A DNA stretch of 63,068 bases from Octopus bimaculoides. Lineage: Eukaryota. Position 1 is the first letter of the stretch. The number at the start of each line of letters is the position of its first letter. A program made the translations under genes and the position numbers. The stretch spans positions 16,143,977 to 16,207,044 of the forward strand of contig NC_068995.1 in NCBI RefSeq assembly GCF_001194135.2, in the 5' to 3' direction. Below are positions 13,410 through 63,068 of this stretch, one piece after another. Under the pieces are notes generated by a model. That model did no database searches. It saw nothing but the letters and a program-made list of their open reading frames with translations, and was not told the DNA's origin.

Positions 13410-14577
13410 CGTGTTTTTGGTGATTTCTGGTTGGAAGGCTTTGATTTTGTGCTACAATTAAAAATCTTTCAGTTTTTGCTTTGAGTCCTAAGCTTCTCAA
13501 CCATCGTTGGAATTTTGCTTTGTCTATTTCTTTTCTGTTGAGTTGAATCCAATATTTGCCATCGTTTTATCATGATCCTTCGCTGTTCCAGTTTTAGTTA
13601 AGATTTCAGTTGTTTTACTTCTTTTGTTGTTTCTCCTTTTCCTTCATAGTTGTGAGGTACTATGACTTCTTTTTTTGTATTTGTCAGCTTCCCGAAAGTC
13701 TGAAAACAGTTTTTTTTTGTTCGTATTTTGTAGCAATTTGTATTAGTTTTTCTTGCTTCTGAAGTAGGTATTTCTGTAGTCCTATGGTGGTTATTTTGTA
13801 ATACTTTCCCAGCTTCGGTATAAGCTGTATAAGGCCTCTATCACATTCGATACGTTGTATATATAGCCCTTCTATGTCAGTTTTTGGTTGATGCATCCTA
13901 AATCCTGTCATTATTTTTTTTGTTTTCCTGTTTATTTTAGTTAGTTCATTTAGAGTCAAGTTAAGAATATTGTAGCTGTAACTTATGACTGGGACGGCTA
14001 GAGTGTTGATACCTATTATCTTGTTTTTCACATTGAGCTCTGTTTTAAGTATTAATCTCACTCGTTTATAGTATTCCTTATTCATTTTCCCTTTGATTTG
14101 TGTGTGTTATATCATAACTGCTCCATTGATTCTTAAGTATTTGTATGTCTTGCTTTGATCTTATTCTCTTAATTCATTGCTTTATCTAGTGTGATGTTGC
14201 TACTCTTTACTACTTTTTCTCTTTTCAGTGTTGCTTTCGCAAATTTTTCTAAGCCAAATTTCATGTTTACTTCTTTGGTAAATCCATGTTCTCTCTGTAG
14301 TAATATTTCCAGCTGTTTATTAATTGTAGCCTACAGTTATAGGTCATCAGGTCATCCATATACAAGAGATGGCTGATTGTTTTTGCTGTAGCAGTTGTAT
14401 CCACATCCAGTTCTGTTTAGCATGTCAGTTAAAGGTGCCAGTGTCAAGCAGAAAAGAAGTAGTGAGAGCGTATCTCCCTTGAATATTCCGCTTCAAATAT
14501 GGATGGGTTTGGTTTTTATGAGCCCCTCTTTTGTCTGGAGCTGTAGCACTGCCTGTCATTTATTCATAGAATTTATA
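13410..14577 (-). mobile_element. R4/Dong-like LINE RT/thumb fragment
   Basis: GIFKGDTLS, HLLYMDDL and KRVRLILKTELNVKNKIIGINTLAVPVISYS..RGLIQL; the 5' end abuts (AAT)n. Confidence 0.85.
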
Positions 14578-14631
<54 letters not shown>

Positions 14632-14632
<1 letters not shown>

Positions 14633-15165
14633 GAGTGAGAGAGCAGTGCATGCCATCAAAGTGACACTGGGGTAACATATACGACACCCTATATACCCAT
14701 CATGACTACCCGTCTGATAAGGGTACACCAGGCACATGCATCACAACCATATGTGCGCGACATGGTGATATCATATCAAGATAAACAGCACATGACCTCA
14801 CAGGAAGGGCCCAGTTAGAATTTTCTTCAGGTCGAGTAGCCCATCCTGCTCAAAAGGTCCCTGAATAAGATTTGTTTAAGGATGTTGAGCAAAACACCCA
14901 CGTTTCCAAAGGGGAATTATTCAAATCCCAAAGAATTCCTCTCAACACATGGCTATGATGCTCCCCCACTACTTCTGCTCATGATCAGAGATGCACATAT
15001 CGTCAGCCATCAAGGGAGATGCTCAACTGGTTAAGGTCAAACAAATGACAAGCAAATCTGTGGTATTGAGTAGAATATTTGCTGTAGCCTATATTTTTAT
15101 ACCAAGACAAAACAATGTACATGATAACACTTCCAATTAATTAAGATCAGAAGCCATGAGAGCCT
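14632..15165 (-). mobile_element. Unclassified about 530-bp interspersed repeat ending in (AAT)n
   Basis: Non-coding, sharply bounded by microsatellites. The repeat call rests on resemblance to octopus repeats as I recall them; it is single-copy in this window. Confidence 0.45.
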
Positions 15166-15346
15166 ATCATCATCATCATCATCAATATTGATTTTTTTTT
15201 ATTATCATAGATACAAGAGANNNNNNNNNNNNNNNNNNNNNNNNNNNNNNNNNNNNNNNNNNNNNNNNNNNNNNNNNNNNNNNNNNNNNNNNNNNNNNNN
15301 NNNNNNNNNNNNNNNNNNTTATTATTATTACTGTTGTTATTATTAT

Positions 15347-16490
15347 TAAGGTGGCGAGCTGGCAGAATCGTTATGGACGAAATGCTGGACGAAATGCTGG
15401 ACGAAATGCTGGACGAAATGCTGGACGAAATGCTTAGCGGTATTTCGCCAGTCGATACGTTTTGAGTTCAAATTCAACCGAAGTCGACTTTGCCTTTCAT
15501 CCTTTCGGGGTCGATATATTAAGTACCAGTTAAACACTGGAGATCAATGTAATCGACTCATCCCTTTTCTCAAAATGGCTACCCTTGTGGCAAAATTGAA
15601 ACTATTATTATTATTAAGGCTGCAAAGGCAGTGAGCTGGTAGAATCGTTAGCGTGACGGATAATTGCTTAGCGGCATTTTGTCCGTCTTCACGTTTTGAG
15701 TATAAATTCCTTCGAGGTTGACGCTGCATTTCATCCTTTCGGCGTCGATAAGCTAAATACCTGTTTAGTAGTCGCGTCGCTGTAATCACTTTATCTCACC
15801 TTCGAAACTGCTGAAGAAGAAGAAGAAGAAGGAAGAGGAGGAGGAGGGGGAGCGGCATTTTGTCCGTCTTCACGTTTTAAGTATAGATTCCTTCGAGGTT
15901 GACTCTGTATTCATTTCATCCTTTCGGCGTCGATAAACTAAATACCTGTTTAATACTCACTTTAATCACTTTATCTCACTTTAATCACTTTATCTCTCCT
16001 CCGAAATTGTTGACCTTGTATCAAAATTTTAAACTATTATTAAAGCTGCGAGCTGACAAAATCATTAGCACGCCATACAAAATGCTTAGCGGCATTTCGT
16101 CCGTCTTTAGACTCAAAGTTCTAATGCCACCAAGATTGACTTTGCCTTTCACACTTTAGGAGTTGATGGATTAAATACCTTCATAGTTGATCAATATAAA
16201 CGACTAGCCCCCTCCCCCGAAATTTCAGGCTCGTACCTACAGTAGAAAGAATTATTAGTATCATTATTAAGGCGGTGAGCTGGCAGAATCATTAGCACAC
16301 TTGGTGAAATGCTTAGCGGTATTTCGCCCGTCGCTATGTTCTGAGTTCAAATTCCCCCAAGGTCAACTTTGCCTTTCATTCTTTCGGGGTCGATATATTA
16401 AGTACCAGCGAAACACTGGGGTCGATGTAATTGACTGATCCCTTTCCCCCAAATGGCCGCCTTTGTGGAAAAAATTAAAACCATTATTAT
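15347..16490 (+). mobile_element. Head-to-tail stack of 5 copies of SINE family A (GGCGGTGAGCTGGCAGAATC..GAGTTCAAAT..GTCGACTTTGCCTTTCATCC)
   Basis: Copies start near 15347, 15616, 15850, 16040 and 16268, separated by (TTA)n/(GAA)n. The first contains 5 x TGGACGAAATGC (15374-15433). Confidence 0.85.
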
Positions 16491-16723
16491 CCATATCATT
16501 ATTATTATTCACGTTCGGTAGAGTTTTGTCATATTTACTTAAACAACTTTAGGTTTCATGTTCAAACCCTATTGAGGTCGACCGTACCTTCGGGTGGGTG
16601 AGGCCGATAGAATGTGATCCTATCAAGGAGCGGATTCGATTTAATCGACAATATCCTCCTACACAATTTCTAGACAAACATAATTTTTGTCTACGTACAG
16701 TGTTAATATTATGTAGACTCACA

Positions 16724-16754
<31 letters not shown>

Positions 16755-16959
16755 TACGATAATAATTAATATAGTATATATTTACATGTTGTTTACTATA
16801 GTAAATAATAGTCACTGTAATATAGTCAGAAGAAAACCTCCAGGATCCGGTATTGAAATGGGTAACAAGTGAGATTTGAGAAAGTAACCGATTTTTAATG
16901 CCTTCACCAATGAAAAAGAAGCTAGTAAAATGGACAGGAAACACTCCCGCTGGTCGTAG

Positions 16960-16996
16960 ACTGATATAATAGTTACATACCAGAATCATTCAGTGC
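16960..16996 (+). promoter_or_regulatory. Putative ITIH core promoter (TATA-like + Inr-like)
   Basis: TATAATAG at 16965 and TCAGT at 16990-16994 (A at 16992, 27 nt from the TATA-like box), 15 nt upstream of the ATG. No transcript data. Confidence 0.55.
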
Positions 16997-17006
16997 TGAC
17001 ATAACG

Positions 17007-62816
<45,810 letters not shown>

Positions 62817-63017
62817 GTAAGTGTATTTTCATCATCGCAAATCATATTGTTTATAGAGAACACTTTTGAAACGACCGGTGCCGAATACACACACAAACAC
62901 ACATGCATACACACACTTATGTATGTACAGAGATTATAACCATACCGATACATATAGTTACATATTTATAATTATATATATATATAATTTTATATACTTA
63001 TATACATATTTATATAT

Positions 63018-63068
<51 letters not shown>

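Noticed and set aside
15374-15433. 5 x 12-bp direct repeat resembling a CRISPR or peptide repeat (HFVQ)n
   Set aside because: There are no spacers, it lies inside a SINE, and the context is eukaryotic; it is a slippage amplification.

Overview
This is AT-rich, microsatellite-saturated eukaryotic DNA from a gappy assembly. The repeat content points to a coleoid cephalopod, most likely Octopus (inference). It is not prokaryotic and contains no CRISPR array. The main feature is one intron-rich + strand gene for a secreted inter-alpha-trypsin inhibitor heavy chain (ITIH) family protein with signal peptide, VIT and vWA/MIDAS domains. I assembled it by hand from 9 phase-compatible GT-AG exons (17007..62816, 605 codons); it continues past the window end. 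The ORF track misses most of these exons, including the signal-peptide exon, which lies 18 kb upstream of exon 2 and follows a TATA/Inr-like core promoter. The rest is mostly transposon debris: R4/Dong-like, RTE-like and CR1/L2-like LINE fragments, a Penelope-like RT, several tRNA-derived SINE families, hAT and Tc1/mariner MITEs and a probable piggyBac fossil. The most unusual signal is a set of type I hammerhead ribozyme motifs from several unrelated sequence families, most with a palindromic minimal stem III of the Penelope/retrozyme type. One (22840-22919) has an intact catalytic core and lies on the sense strand of ITIH intron 1. Other leads are a perfect RFX X-box with no assigned gene, a forkhead-site cluster in intron 1, an in-frame alternative donor in exon 5, and long intronic inverted repeats that could be ADAR substrates. 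Most ORF-track entries are translations of microsatellites or N-gaps.
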